Shown here: piece after piece, positions 10,601-23,800 of the stretch
Layout: each line of letters starts with the position of its first letter
Numbering within the stretch: position 1 is the stretch's first letter
Origin: Seison nebaliae
Taxonomy: Eukaryota
DNA length: 36,911 nucleotides
NCBI GenBank assembly: GCA_023231475.1
Contig: JALJEE010002344.1
Span: forward strand, 1 to 36,911
Direction: 5' to 3'
Notes under the pieces: generated by a model
Seen by the model: the letters and a program-made list of their open reading frames with translations, nothing else
What the model was told of the DNA's origin: nothing
Database searches by the model: none
Made by a program: the position numbers and the translations under genes

Positions 10601-12560
10601 CCTGACATTCCGTCACCAACATCCACTTGTTGTACTTCAATGAAATTTATAATAATATCAACGAATTGATTGACAAAATCTTGAAGTTGAGCTGTCGATT
10701 TTATTGCTTCTTTCTCATGTTCCGTTAAATCAGATAACGATTCCAATCCAGGTGTACAATCCACCACCGGCATTTCTGATAAAACTTCCCCAATGAATTG
10801 GAAGAATAAGAGACATTTATGATAATCATTCGCATCAATTCCAGGTAAAGCGGCAAATAATAATGAAATTACAGACGATTGTCCTTCTGGATAGAATTTG
10901 ACATTATGTCGCATAATATGTTGTGTACATAAAACCATGCACCACATTAAGGAAATTTGACGATGAGGCTCCACAACTGTCGTCAAACTAGTTTTTAAAT
11001 CGGACACTAATTTTGGAAGAATCATTTCTGGACGCAATGCTGCCAATTGAGATAAGACACCGGAAGCGAGTTTCGAATGATTTTTCGAGAAGATGGCCAA
11101 CATACATGGAGTGTGAAGAATACTAACAAATTCCGATATATCTCCATCAGTTAATAAATGACTTTCGGGAACTGGTCCCAAACATGTGTATCCACTATAT
11201 CGTTCCCGATAGATACGATGAGAGAAGGCCGATGCCAAATCTTTCATAAAAGCGATTAAATCTTTCTAGTTAATATGAAGTTAATAGAGATCTGATTTGA
11301 ATTTAAAATGAACTGTCCATGACGCTTCATTTGATGGATGGAAATAAGACATCAACATTTGAAACAATTTCCTCAGATGTAACATACTACTACTTCCATT
11401 TCCCTAAAATAATTAAACAAATGAAATAATTCATAGAAATAATTTGATTTTAACCATTGCAGCAACAAAAAATTGTGCGGCTGAAGTTACATCGAAATTA
11501 ACGAAATGAAGTAAAGTTTGAGCGCCTTTCTCTCCAGCAATAATTCCCAAACTGCAAATAAATCTGTTATACATCTGAATGAACGGAAATTATAATTTTC
11601 CATAAAATAATTGAAGAGAAATAATGAAACTTTTGGAATCCATGGTTCCCAATCGAAATATCCGATATTTTCAGCTGCAGCAGCTGAAATCAAATTCACC
11701 ATATCCTAATCAGAAATACAGAAATAGTTTTACGAATTAAAATATTAACCATCTCAAAAACAGTAGGAGCATGAAAAGAATCTAATATCATCAGGAATTC
11801 TTCCAACCATAATCGAACGGTAAAATTGAGCCAATCGGGTGGAACAAATGTTGGGAGGAAGAACGCTAATGTATACGCTGCCGTATACATTTCGCTGTCG
11901 AATGGACAGAATTTTGTTCTCATTTCATATAGAATTTCATATGTTGCTTCTTTCGGAAAATATCGTCTCGCTACCACCAAAAATAATCTTGAAATGTTTT
12001 CAAATGTTTCATCTTGTTCAGTTAATCCTATCTTCTCCCAATTATCATTCGATGCCTTTTGAATGAGAAGATAAATCGGTCTCCATTCGATGGTTAATTC
12101 ATCACGACAAATAAAATATTTCCGACTAAATTATAAAGTATTTGGAATGAAATTCAATCTTTTGAAATCAAATATGATACTGACTTCAATAAAGCTACTA
12201 ATGTCGATAATGCTTGTGTGGCACTTCGACTATCGATGTCAGGTTGATAGAGGAAACTCAAATATAATTTCACCAATCCGATATATTCACTTTTGCTGAA
12301 AGCGAAACCATAACTCCTGATATATCTAAAAAAAGCGAAATGATTCTAAGTGAATTGAAGAGAAATGGTAACCTGAATAATCGTTGAGTCCAGAAAACTA
12401 ATGCTGGTTGAACTTCTTGCATTTTAACTGCTCGTACCAAATTATGTTTGATTTCCGCAAAAACTGCATTCGCTTCTTCATAAATCTCCTTCTGGTATTC
12501 GGGTGGTAAGATACGATGATGAATAATTCCGCTCTGCCATTTCTTCACATTGTCCGACAT
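4633..12560 (-). CDS. PSME4: Proteasome activator complex subunit 4 (PA200/Blm10), ~2227 aa, 11 exons
   Basis: Introns at 12326-12372, 12126-12184, 11706-11749, 11575-11630, 11404-11454, 11266-11313, 6256-6312, 5320-5981, 5140-5188 and 4768-4938 give a continuous frame. Motifs: [31 protein letters not shown], and a terminal exon [17 protein letters not shown]...FTDDEL...SHNYYA*. An in-frame upstream ATG at 12683 is an alternative start. Confidence 0.95.
5497..5922 (+). CDS. Hypothetical Lys/Arg/Glu-rich small protein (141 aa) nested antisense inside a PSME4 intron
   Basis: Uninterrupted ATG-TGA ORF lying wholly within intron 5320-5981. It has TATAAAA at 5401-5407, ATTAAA shortly after the stop, and basic clusters ([18 protein letters not shown]). 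Confidence 0.65.
   Translation: MITNILPNSQEEVVHQPTEQHKVKDEEKSVALSAVQLFNKESLAKMNKKPAHRTDEEIEKLVNENIRRCARPQRSQRKAKVEALRRIFRTSQTTEKKCRRKRKPKVNSPKVKSAKVKISKTIIEEKPVVTKEKEEPKECEE
8086..8121. repeat. (AAT)n microsatellite encoding poly-Asn in PSME4
   Basis: ATT trinucleotide run on the + strand with one interruption, translated as a run of N in the PSME4 ORF. Confidence 0.9.
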
Positions 12561-14910
12561 AGAATAATTCCATTCTTCATCTATATAGGTTGTAAGATGA
12601 AAACGATTGGAGGCGATACGACGAAATCTTTTTCGACGTTTCTTATTTCCTATTCTCTTAGTCGCACTAACTCTATTAAACATCTTCTCTCACATACACT
12701 TCAATTAAATGGATATTAAAAAGAAAAGAACAGAAATCTCTTTCAATTACATAAAAGAAATGAGATTCATATAAAAACATGTGACAAGGAAAAATAATAT
12801 ATGGGAAATTAAATCGAACGGAATAACCACATGAAAAGGATTCTGATGAACATCAAGCAGTGCGAGATTTTCGAAAACCGATTTACAAATACCACCTGTC
12901 TTCAGAAAATTCATATGTGCAAAATTTATTCCATTTAATAATTTTGAGAATAAGAAGCTTTCTCTTTTAGAATAAATAAATATTCTGTTGGAAACTTGGA
13001 AAAAAAATTTCGTCTAATCTCTCTAAATTATCCTCGATTCTGACGATGTTGGTCCTGATGGAATTTTAATGGGAAAGAAGAGTAACCTGACCAAATATAT
13101 TCTGATTGGGAACTGTCGTCCATAATTGATTATTATCAATCAAAACCAATTGATTACTTTATTATTGACATCCAAAGTAAGATGATTCTCACCTCAATAA
13201 TTTAGACTGAATAATTTAGTTAGATGTCGCGATTGTTGGAGAGAATATTTGGAGAAAATGTTGTTTATATAAATACCGCTACTTCCAAACAGCTTACGGT
13301 TTAACGAACAAATCTTACTTCTATTTATTAACAACTCGTTAGAGATGAATGAAATAATTAAAACTGATTCATTTCAAACTGCCAACAATTTCCAGTTATT
13401 TTCACCTTCGAAATGAGACATATGCGCATAAATATTCAAATACATGGGTTCATGTCAAAAACATATTTAATATTTCTTTTTTTTTATAAACTAAAACTTA
13501 TTGAACTGTATGTCGTCATTCGATAATTTCTTATTCAACAATTATGTTGAAAAAAATTTTTTTATCAATCTGTTAACGAAGAGAATCTTTTTTATTAATA
13601 GTTCGATCATTACATATGAAGTTCAGATAAATTGTTTTCCTCATTTCATTCCAATTCGAACGAAAAAATTTTGAGGAACGGCAGAAATTTGAAATATTTT
13701 TCTGAAATAATAACTAAAAATACGCTTCCTTATTTATAAGAGAAATCTATTTTGGCATTGTAATTTCTAAAAGATTAGTCATCACTCTGGAAGCTTCTAT
13801 TGGTATTCTTCTATCAGGAGCAATCACTTTCTAAACCGAATATTATTTCTCCGGTAAATCTGTGTAGATTTGGTTTTTGAAATGATTGTTCAATTTTTTA
13901 GTTCAACATCTTCAACGAAAATTGGCAGAGCTTTAAAGTTTCAAATTTCAGTTAATTCTCAAAAATTGTCGTTTACCAAAGTCTGAGGTCAAACACATAT
14001 TATTAGATTCGGTTTGTTATTTCTTGTTATTCAATATTTTTATTAGAAGTTTAAAATAAATTATTAAATTTTTTTTCATTTCTACCTCACGTTCATGGTA
14101 AAGAAATGGTCAAGAGTTAAAATTTATTTCTTATTAACTTATTGAATGTTGACTTGCATAACTAACAATAATTGACTAACAATGCAGGGATAATATTTAT
14201 GAAACTGAACATTCAATCGTTTCACAACATGAAAAAATGATTTGAAATATTATTAAAAGTTTTGTTATTGTGCAAAAGGTAGTTAGCAGAAAGTACCGGA
14301 TATAATGAATAACCTGTAAAAGTTTTTTGAAGCAAATTCATCATAAACGAAGGAAATTTTCCTGCAGTACAATATATAGAATAGAAACAACACAAACTAA
14401 ATCATGCTTCGAAGAACTTTATTTTTGTGATTTCTTTTTTCAATTCAGAATGTACTGGATTAAGAGCATTGTTAAATAATTAATGTATATTACAAAATAA
14501 GTCCGTCATAAACGAGTTCTAACTTAGGTTTGTATCTCGAATATTGCATTATAGAGCATATTTAAGATACGTCATTGTAATACATCAGTATTCAGAATAA
14601 GAATCGATACTTACTTCCTTGAGAAATCGTTAACGAATTTCGGATAAGTAGCGAAGTTGAATATGACCTTACTTGAATAATTTCCAAAAGAACGAATCAT
14701 ATTTTTTTCACGATTCAAGTGTCAAAATATAGGTAATGACATAATATGCCCCCCTCTGACATTTAAGGGAGCTTTTTTTTTCTGAATTGTATGCATTCTT
14801 GTAATAAACTAGAAAAAAACTTCTTTTTATTTTAATTCAGGTTCAAATTATAGAACATAAATTGCGGAATATTTTCCGACGTATTGAAGAAACCAAGAGA
14901 TTGTTTAATA

Positions 14911-15579
14911 ATGAAAATTCTTTTAATTCCCTCCATATTCATTATCCTTCATGTTGAATGTAATGAAATTTTTACAAGGATGATAAACATCGGTGCCTAT
15001 TCCAAATCGAAAGCACTTCAACAGACATCGGAATGTGGTTTAAGGGGTGATTGTGGAGGAATCGTAGATAAAGAAGAAATAACATACTTGAAAGAACCGA
15101 AAGAAGATTATGCACACCTACTCCCTTGCATAGATATGGATGTTTCTCAATTTACATCCTCAAATATGATAAATTTTGGAAAGTTTGAAAGCAATACTAA
15201 ATTCTTTGGTCGTGATTGGCATGATTTTAAATGTGGTTTCTATCTCGATGATTCTAATTACTATTTAGGAAATAAAAAATTATCCGAGATGTCCCAAAAT
15301 TTTGAATTAAGGGAAATCTTATTTTTTTATGATTATCAACTTATGAAATTTGGTCAACCAAAGATTTTGAGTGAGGCTGAAGATTATCAATTAATCTACA
15401 AGGAAGATTATAGTTTTCAACCAGCTGTTGATGAAAATGGATCGTCTTTCAATTCAACAAAGTTTATGACCCAAGAACATAATCCATATTCTTCGTTTTG
15501 TGCGTCGAATGAAACTTATGGATTTTGGTTTAAACTCTGCAATCCTGGAGGTCCAATAACCATTACAGTAATCAATTGA
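14911..15579 (+). CDS. Secreted protein with a divergent fibrinogen-related domain, copy 1 (intronless CDS)
   Basis: Signal peptide MKILLIPSIFIILHVEC. FFGRDWHDFKCGF..YYLGN, SEAEDYQL, FNSTKFMT and CAS..YGFWFKLC parallel the fibrinogen-C motifs F.R.W..YK.GF..FWLGN, E...Y.L, NG.KFST and CA...GGWWF..C. Confidence 0.7.
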   Translation: MKILLIPSIFIILHVECNEIFTRMINIGAYSKSKALQQTSECGLRGDCGGIVDKEEITYLKEPKEDYAHLLPCIDMDVSQFTSSNMINFGKFESNTKFFGRDWHDFKCGFYLDDSNYYLGNKKLSEMSQNFELREILFFYDYQLMKFGQPKILSEAEDYQLIYKEDYSFQPAVDENGSSFNSTKFMTQEHNPYSSFCASNETYGFWFKLCNPGGPITITVIN

Positions 15580-16157
15580 TTTAAAGTTTCGTTTAATTTC
15601 TTAAATTATTGTACTACTTTTTATTTAGATATTAACTGATTATCAAAATTATTTGACAAATTTATGTTTTAATTTTTTTATATGAAGAATTCAAAAAATT
15701 TTTTTTTCGCATAAAACTCTAATTTTTTTATTTCTCACAAGTTTTCCTTCAAAAAATACTATTCCTTGAATATCGTGGAAATTTACTATTTTTCTAATTC
15801 ACATATTTAATTACAAGGATAAAAAGGATAAATTTCTATTGATTCAATTAAAATTTCTGTGGAATCTTCGGAAACATTCATAATTTCCTGGAAATATATT
15901 ATATTTCCTTGGGAAGATATTCGTTTTAAAGATATAATCATAAGTATCGAATTGGAAAGTAGAATGAAATTTATCGAAAATTCCATTAATGAATTGCTAA
16001 GAAATCGGAATATATATTTGTTAATAAAATTTAACGGAACATTCTTTGTTGGATTTGGACAAATAAAATTACGTCGAATATTATAATTGAAAGGAAATTG
16101 AAAATTTTTCGTAGTATTTAACGCCATGAAAAATTAGTGGATGTAAATCCTTTAAAA

Positions 16158-16844
16158 ATGAAATTTTATACCATATTCCTCATTTTCTTATTTTCTGATG
16201 GACGATGTAACGAAATTTTTACCAGAAAATTCGACTGTGTTTCTAATTCGAAAATAATGGACATCATTGCCTCATCGGAATGTGGTTTACTGGACAATTG
16301 CGCAGGTCTCGGGAGAAATGGTGGGAAATGTTTCGGTGCCTGTAAACATTTGGCACTTCAGAGAGAACCTTTTGATGAATATTCGCATTTATTTGAATGC
16401 GATAGTATGGATGTTACTCAATTCAAATCATATAACTTGATTAATTTTGGTAAATTTGATGACTCTACTGAATTTTTTGGTCATAGTTGGTATGACTTCA
16501 AATGTGGATTTTATAAGAATGGTGAAAATTATTATTTGGGAAACGAAATGTTACACCATTATTCAAACAACAATATATCACAAATGAATATCATGTACAA
16601 TGGCACAATGTATCAAATGGGAAAACCAGAAATTTTAAGTGAAGCCGAGGAATATAAGTTAACATTTAAAGATAATTATGGTTGGACTGATTTTAAGGAC
16701 GATAATGGAGACACTTTCAATAATACTAAATTCATGACGATAAAAGATAATGAATATGTTCCGTGTTCTCCAAATGGACATTTTGGGTTTTGGTTCAAAA
16801 TTTGTAATCCAGTAAATTTCATGTCAATAACAATTATTCGTTAA
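16158..16844 (+). CDS. Secreted protein with a divergent fibrinogen-related domain, copy 2 (tandem paralogue)
   Basis: Signal peptide MKFYTIFLIFLFSDGRC. It shares CNEIFTR, SECGL, MDV.QF, INFGKF, W.DFKCGFY, YYLGN, ILSEAE.Y, FN.TKFMT and GFWFK.CNP with 14911-15579. Confidence 0.7.
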   Translation: MKFYTIFLIFLFSDGRCNEIFTRKFDCVSNSKIMDIIASSECGLLDNCAGLGRNGGKCFGACKHLALQREPFDEYSHLFECDSMDVTQFKSYNLINFGKFDDSTEFFGHSWYDFKCGFYKNGENYYLGNEMLHHYSNNNISQMNIMYNGTMYQMGKPEILSEAEEYKLTFKDNYGWTDFKDDNGDTFNNTKFMTIKDNEYVPCSPNGHFGFWFKICNPVNFMSITIIR

Positions 16845-17119
16845 ATAATATCAGTATTGGCTTATTATGATTAATGTTAAGAAATAATGATTTTAGTGAA
16901 ATAATAAATTGCTTTAAGTTCTATTCAAATGTAACAAATATATCCCATAAATTACAAATACTGTCAATTTGAAAGATCCTGTTAACTTTCGTTTTTATTG
17001 TTCATTCGACAATAATTGGGAAATGTCCAATACAACAAAGATGTTTGTGTCTGATGGTGTTAGGCAGTTAAGCATAATTGATATTCTTGGTACGAACTGA
17101 TAAGGAGTTCCAAAACTTA

Positions 17120-17506
17120 CAAGGGAATGGTACGCATTCGCATCTGCCGTTTGACTCCAAAAAATCATGGAAATAGGAAAAATAAAGTTAAAGAGATGTA
17201 TAAATTTTTTTATCCTTTTGTTAGTGGAAGTATTACAACAGAATTTTGGCCTTTTTCTATTCCGTATGTAGATGTAGGTATGTATTATCTATATACAATT
17301 CTGTATAAAAAATTATTTAATATTTACAGAATTGTATATAAAAAATACATATCTACATCTACGTATAGAGTAAAAAAGGCCATAAACCGGGTGTAATACT
17401 TCGACTAAAGATAAAAAAAATTTACACATCTCTTGAACTTTATTTTTCCTATATCCATGATTTTTTTGAAGTCAAACGGCTGATGCGAACGCGTACCATT
17501 CCCTTG
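17120..17506. mobile_element. Foldback/MITE-like non-autonomous DNA element (387 bp, almost entirely inverted repeat)
   Basis: The left arm CAAGGGAATGGTACGCATTCGCATC... is the reverse complement, with scattered mismatches, of the right arm ...GATGCGAACGCGTACCATTCCCTTG. The arms run to a short central spacer near 17306-17325. A TTA direct repeat flanks it at 17117-17119 and 17507-17509. Confidence 0.85.
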
Positions 17507-17607
17507 TTAGATTTTTGATTTTACGAAGCAATTTTCCTTTATAGTTTAACCTTTACTCATTGTTATTAACATTGATTAACGAAATACATACATCGCTATG
17601 TATTTGT

Positions 17608-17629
17608 TAGATCTATTCGAATAGATCTA
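17608..17629. repeat. Perfect 22-bp palindrome TAGATCTATTCGAATAGATCTA
   Basis: The sequence equals its own reverse complement. It lies next to a hairpin AAATACATA-6nt-TATGTATTT at 17582-17605. Confidence 0.85.
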
Positions 17630-17817
17630 TCGCACAATCGTAGATCCATAGGATATCATTTGATTGGTTATTTATCTTAATCATCATATACTATTTGTAT
17701 TTTGTGCGAAGTTCAAGAGAAATTCATTATGAAAATATTATGATAAGGGAAAAAGTGGAAATTTATTGTAAATCTTTAATTTAACCGATCAGTTTAAAAG
17801 ACATTAAATTCAATTTA

Positions 17818-20800
17818 TTACACTTGTAGTAATAAACACACACCGCCTAAAATCCATACGGCTGGTTTCTCTTTTGATTTTAGATTAAACGTCCATACAA
17901 ATGTTGGTCCTCTCTGTTTTGTTTTGTATACGGGACATTCATAAAAATTCTTTGTTTCTTGACGATCGGTTGTTATTGCCTAAAAAAATGTTCAATTTAT
18001 TTCTGTGAATGAAATGGAGAACCTTAATGAATAATACGGGCATCATTGGCGTTAATTCTTTTAAACGAGCTTCTCCTATTTGACCAGTTTGAGTATCCCA
18101 TCTTGCACCTTCCATGAAGAGACCATGTACATAAGCGCCTTCTCGAGGAGAACTCGCTAAATCTTCCCGAGTCTTCTTTGTAACATCGACAGATAAACAC
18201 ATTTTATCTAAAGGCCATTCATTCTTCCTCGCAGTGACTTGCATGATGGCTGTGAGGAAGGATTGAGGATTGAACAATCCACCTAACCACACGGCATATG
18301 GCAAAATGAAATCGTTACTCCATGACTCTAATTCTTTTACTCGAATGAGGAAATCGGCGTACCATGTACTCAAACTGTATAATGAAGGATATGCTTTCTT
18401 TATCCAATTATCTGGAATCTACAAATAAATAATATTATTGTTTCTTTTTAAATTGAATTTCCAAAAGAAAAACCTTATCTAGAAATAATGCTTCACTTAA
18501 CAATTCCATATCCTCCGTAATCGTCAGTTCTCCCTTTAAACCTAAATTTAATTCATTTAAGCTTTTTCTCATCTCATTAATCAACATATTCATCCTCTCA
18601 CACTCTTGAATGGCGACAACCGTATATGGTGTCTTTTCTTCCGTCTTGGCAAACAATTCCAACATATTGAATTCTTCAGGTAATCTTTCATATACTTCAT
18701 CTAAAATCTGCCGAATTTTTTCTTCTCTCGTATTCGAACTGGTTTGACCTGGAAAAATTGTAAAGTAATTTAACAGAAGAATAAAATGAAGAATAACCTC
18801 CGGAAGCACCAGTATCTCTCGGTTGCATTTCAAAAACAGTTTTGAATAAATTATCTGAAAGTGTTGTAAGGAAATCAATCTCAGCATTTGGATGTAATCC
18901 ATATAAATATGGTGATTCTGCTGGTAATACTTCATCGATGTAATTATGATAACCAACATAATCTGAATTAGGAGGAACTGGGAAATTGGGGGCTAACATC
19001 AATTCTCCATCAAACATTTCGGCATTTAAATATTCTTGTAAATAAGTTCGACATAATCGACGATCCCAATCGTCAGTAATATGACCGCCGTACATAATCT
19101 CTCCAAATAAATATCTCAAATCATCCCATGGTACTTTTGGATTTGGTTCCAGATAATTGTATAACACATCCACACTAATCGTTAGATCGCCATTATTGAA
19201 TGGATATGTTCTATTCCATCCTTGTGCTCCAAATTTCCTTCTTTCCGATACAACAGCGTGGAAATAACAAAGAGAGAACAATATCGATTTAAATTCCGTT
19301 TCTTTCGAACACATCTCCAATGTATCTTGATTGAATAAGTCAAATGATTTATGTAAATTAGCCATCATTCCAGTGGGCGGTTCATTTGTTATTTTAATGG
19401 CGTTCTCTAATATTCCTTGAGGAATGATATGTGCCGAAGGTTCTCCAGCTGGTTCAGCCGAAATGAATACACGAAAATTTTCACTACCAATTTCAGAACA
19501 ATGTTCCAGTTTTTTCTCTAAAGTTGGTAACCATCTTTCAACTAAATGAATATTTTGTAAAACAACCCAATGGCCCTTTTCTGCGCCTTGTTCTAAGGCC
19601 GATTCAGCAATAACTTCTTGGCCTTGTCCCAATGAAACGTTATGGAAATTTTCCTCGTCGAAAGTAAATCCCAATTTTTTTCCTAACGCTTCCACATCTT
19701 TCAACGGATCGACACCTGGCGATAAGATGAAGAACATGGGGGTTGACGGCGTTGTCTCTTCGAATGAACGTCCAAATTCCACTGATCTTCCCTCAACATA
19801 TTTATGACCCAGTTTCTCTTCAATGAAATTTGTAACAGCGTAACTCATACGATCAGGACGTAATGCTCTCATCATACAAAGTTTCTGTAGACCAGTCTTG
19901 TTCTTCCAATCCTGAGGGAATTTCTCTTTTTCAGGAATTTCACTTTCCACTAATTTTTTCCATCGTTTCGCTGAACCTTCGATATCTCGATCAAGATGAC
20001 GGAAATCTTCCAGCGACGATAATGCCTTAATTCCACCCCATGATACATTTGACAAGAAGTCAACTGGTGAAGTGACATTCGGTACAATGGGGAATCTTAA
20101 AAGGAAATCTAATTCTTTTACATCAATCTCTTTGTTCATCAATAGAACTTGAAACATCATTTGTGCTAAAAATGTTAATTTATCTTTTTCAAACAGTCCT
20201 CTCGTTGTATAAATGAATGTTGAATAAGAAATCGTGTCAATAAGATTGATCACACGCTGCTTAACATCTTCTGACGGTTCTGCTTTCTCGATAGCTTTAT
20301 TAAACACTATTTTGAATGCTTTCAATGAAAATTGGTACATCGGATTGATTTTATGTAATTCATTCATTATGAAATAGAGAACTGATGCTCTTGCTGCTGC
20401 TGGACGATACAATTCTCTCGCCTCATCAATTTTAAGAGTTGTTATTTTCGCTTCCTGTACTTTCTCTTCAATATCTATGGCCGTTCGTTTAGTTGTCTCT
20501 AAATTCTCAACCAATTCATAATCTCCCAAGAAATTACCTTCGGCTGCTGATAATCGAGCAAGTAAACTGTCTTCCAATTTTTTCAAAGTAATCTTATATT
20601 CATTTTGGGATCTCGTCAAATCGTATTTTTGTTTTTCTAAATCAGGACGTTCTGACGCCACAACATCAGCCAATAATTGATCTTCTAAACCGTCTTTAGT
20701 TACTGTGAAATTGAGAAGTGTAGTTTGTGCTTGAATTTCTGGTTTGTAGTGAGGATTGGCTAATTTGGTTTGAAGTATTAAACGGAAATCTGAATGATAT

Positions 20801-23800
20801 TCAATTTCTTTTTCTCCCAAAATTATATATTTTCCCTTCTTTACTGTATTCCTTCCAATGAGAGGATCTAGAACAGCTTCTATTGTTTCTCCAATATATT
20901 CGATTAACATCGTTCCACCAGTTTCCACACAATATTCAATGGCTTCCATATAACCTCGTTGACCGATTCGTATAACTTTCAATTTATCTCCATATCTCGA
21001 TTTAATCCATTTAATTCCTTGCAATTGTGGATCAATCATTAACGGCCATCTTTCACAATTTGTTAAGATCATGGCATTCTCTGTACTCATTCGATCGCTG
21101 GGCAGACCTTCGTTGTTCCAAATAGCGATTTGTGCTTTATCCACCAACAATTCCACAACATCAAATCCTTCACTCAATTTAATTGGAGTTGGCAATTGCG
21201 CCAAATATGGAGTCCACAAATTTTCTATTAAATCTGTTCGATATATTTTCGGGAAACTTCCGACGTATGAAAGAAACGCTGTTGTTAATAAAACATCGCC
21301 AGGAATTGTGGTTTCTGATTCGCGAAGATTCTTCACTGATTCTGTCCAACGAATATTTTCAGAAGCTAATCCACCTACCAAACGATTAGCCAATTCAATT
21401 GTCTTAAACGTTTTATCTGCTTCATCTTGACATCTCTGTTTTTCCGCCATTGCCGCATTATATTCTTGGGTGAGTTTATCCAATTTACCCTCAAGATCTT
21501 TCACTTTGCTATTGATGGAACTGAGTTTATCACGAGCTGTAGTCAAATCCAAATTCGCTTTTTCTAATGCCATTTGTTTTGGATGGACTTCCTTGTAGAC
21601 TTGATGAAATTTATAAATGTTGATCGCCCATGAACATAATCCGCCAGCAGCAAACGATTTCGTTCGTACAATTTCAGGATCGAAATCTTTTGTTAGGACT
21701 ATCGGTTCGACTGCTTTGATATTCTTTTCAGGAATATGTTCCTTGTCGAAGTTGATTAACGAATTGAGGAATTGTTCAGCATTCGGAATGGCTGCTTTTG
21801 ACGCTTTCCATGATTTATCTTTAACTCCTCCTTTCTCATCAGCACGTAATAATCGAACTGCAATCATCACAGTTACGACAGCAGGTGGAGGATTGGCAAA
21901 CGCTTTCATTTCTGTTAGATTATTCTTGTTTAGTGTATTCAATGCTTCTTCTGCTGCTTTTAATGCTGGCATTGCCTTTTCTAAATCTTTAGAACACTCG
22001 ATCTGTTGTTTCGTTACAACTTTCTCAATTTCCATTACTTTCTCTGCCTCCTCATCAGCGATATGTTTTTCCTTTCTTACTTTTTTCTCTTCTTCTGAAA
22101 CGACTTTAATCAATTTATCAGCAGCTTCATTCTTACTTTTGACGATGACTTCTTGAGATTTCAATTTATCTTTCAAATCATCTACTTGTTGAGTTGTTGA
22201 ATTCAATTTCTCCAAACCGTTAATCAATCGTTGAATTTGTTTCTGTAAATCTTCGTATTTTTGAGTTAATGTGTTACGATATAAAGTGATTTGTTCGAGG
22301 AATGATTTTGGCGTTGTATAATTGTAACGTTTCTCCACACTTAACAATTGAGAAGATACGTCACCGACACTTTTATGAACATATGCCATAAATTTTGCGA
22401 CACTCTCTTTCATTTCCTCTGGTAATTCTTCTGCCGGAGCTATAAATCGTTGTCCAACTGATTCTAAAGCACTCTCTGGCCATTCATGAAACCAATCAAT
22501 CGATGTACAATTCGTTAAGGCTGGAAATTTTCTAGACCTGACACGCAACGTAGCACCGACAGGAGAAAAACATAAAACGACTTTTAATGTTCGTTGAACT
22601 CGTTCGATGAAGAACTTCCAACAATTCTCTTTCGAATCTTCCATTCCCGCATTCTTTACTTCTGGTCTCAATGAACTGATAATTTCTTCGAATTCATCAT
22701 CCGGAAACAAATCGGGAACTTCACCTGATGCCAATAAATCATTAATTAGAACCAAGAAACTTTCATCGGCGACTTGAGCATCTGTCATTAGGAAAACTGT
22801 TCCCAAATTTTTAATTCCCGCTTTCTTATATAATAGATTGAGATCTAATTTCAAATCAGGAATACCATATCCTTTTCTCAATTGTATTTGGAAGATTTCT
22901 AAATTAGAGATGAATGCTGCTAATCTAGAGAGTGATTGTTTACCACTGCCTCCCACACCCACCAATAACGCATTACCTCTTGGTGATTCAAGTATTCGAT
23001 TAATTCTACAAATATGTGCCATCGCATCTTCGAAGAGTACGAGATTCATCACCGAATTAATTTCATTGTATTGACTTAAAGAGTCCGTGAGAATCTTCTT
23101 TAAACTCTCCCAATCTCCAGTGAAAGCATATTTCACATCACCTAATCCTTGAGCAAAATGACAGAAAATATTCGGCTTGGCAAAAACTTCTTCGCTGTTA
23201 ATATCTTCGAAATGTTTTTTCACTGTATCTCTCAGGATTTTTTCAAATGACGAGATATCTTCTTCGTCGACTAATTTATCACAATAAACACGTTCAGCCT
23301 CGTGCATGAATAATTTAACGACATCGTTTTGATTACGTAAACAATCGCCTGTTGAGAATAACATTCCTTGAAATATATTAGACAAATCTCTTAAATTGAA
23401 GACATAATGAAATTTAGTGGCAGTTGGTAGAAAGGAGGAATTAATTCGAGAATGAAGTGCTAATGCTGTTGATATGACTGATTGGGCAGATCGTTGAACA
23501 ACTGTTGAGAATGGAGGTAAGACACCTGGATCTCCAAAATGTTGTGATAAGATTTGTGAGTAGATATTGGACAACGCATCAACACCAGGGAAAGAGATAG
23601 CGAACACGGAAAAATGTCGTTGTAAACGCGTGTTAATCGTAAATGAACCGGCTGTTGGATTCATGCAGGAAATGTATTGACAATTCTTAATTTCTTTCAC
23701 CGATAATTTTGTACGATCATACCAATGAGAATAATCTAAATGTTGTCGTAACAATGTATGTGGTTGTACAGTGAAATATTTGTCCACTTCTGGCATATTC

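Noticed and set aside
6485..12719. Short + strand ORFs opposite PSME4
   Set aside because: They overlap PSME4 exons in antisense and have shadow-like composition.
15807..16127. Overlapping 106-aa and 75-aa ORFs between the fibrinogen-like genes
   Set aside because: Rich in Ile/Phe/Asn/Lys as expected from AT-rich intergenic DNA, with no similarity to the flanking paralogues.
17127..17396. 89-aa ORF
   Set aside because: It lies inside the foldback element and has no transposase or other motif.
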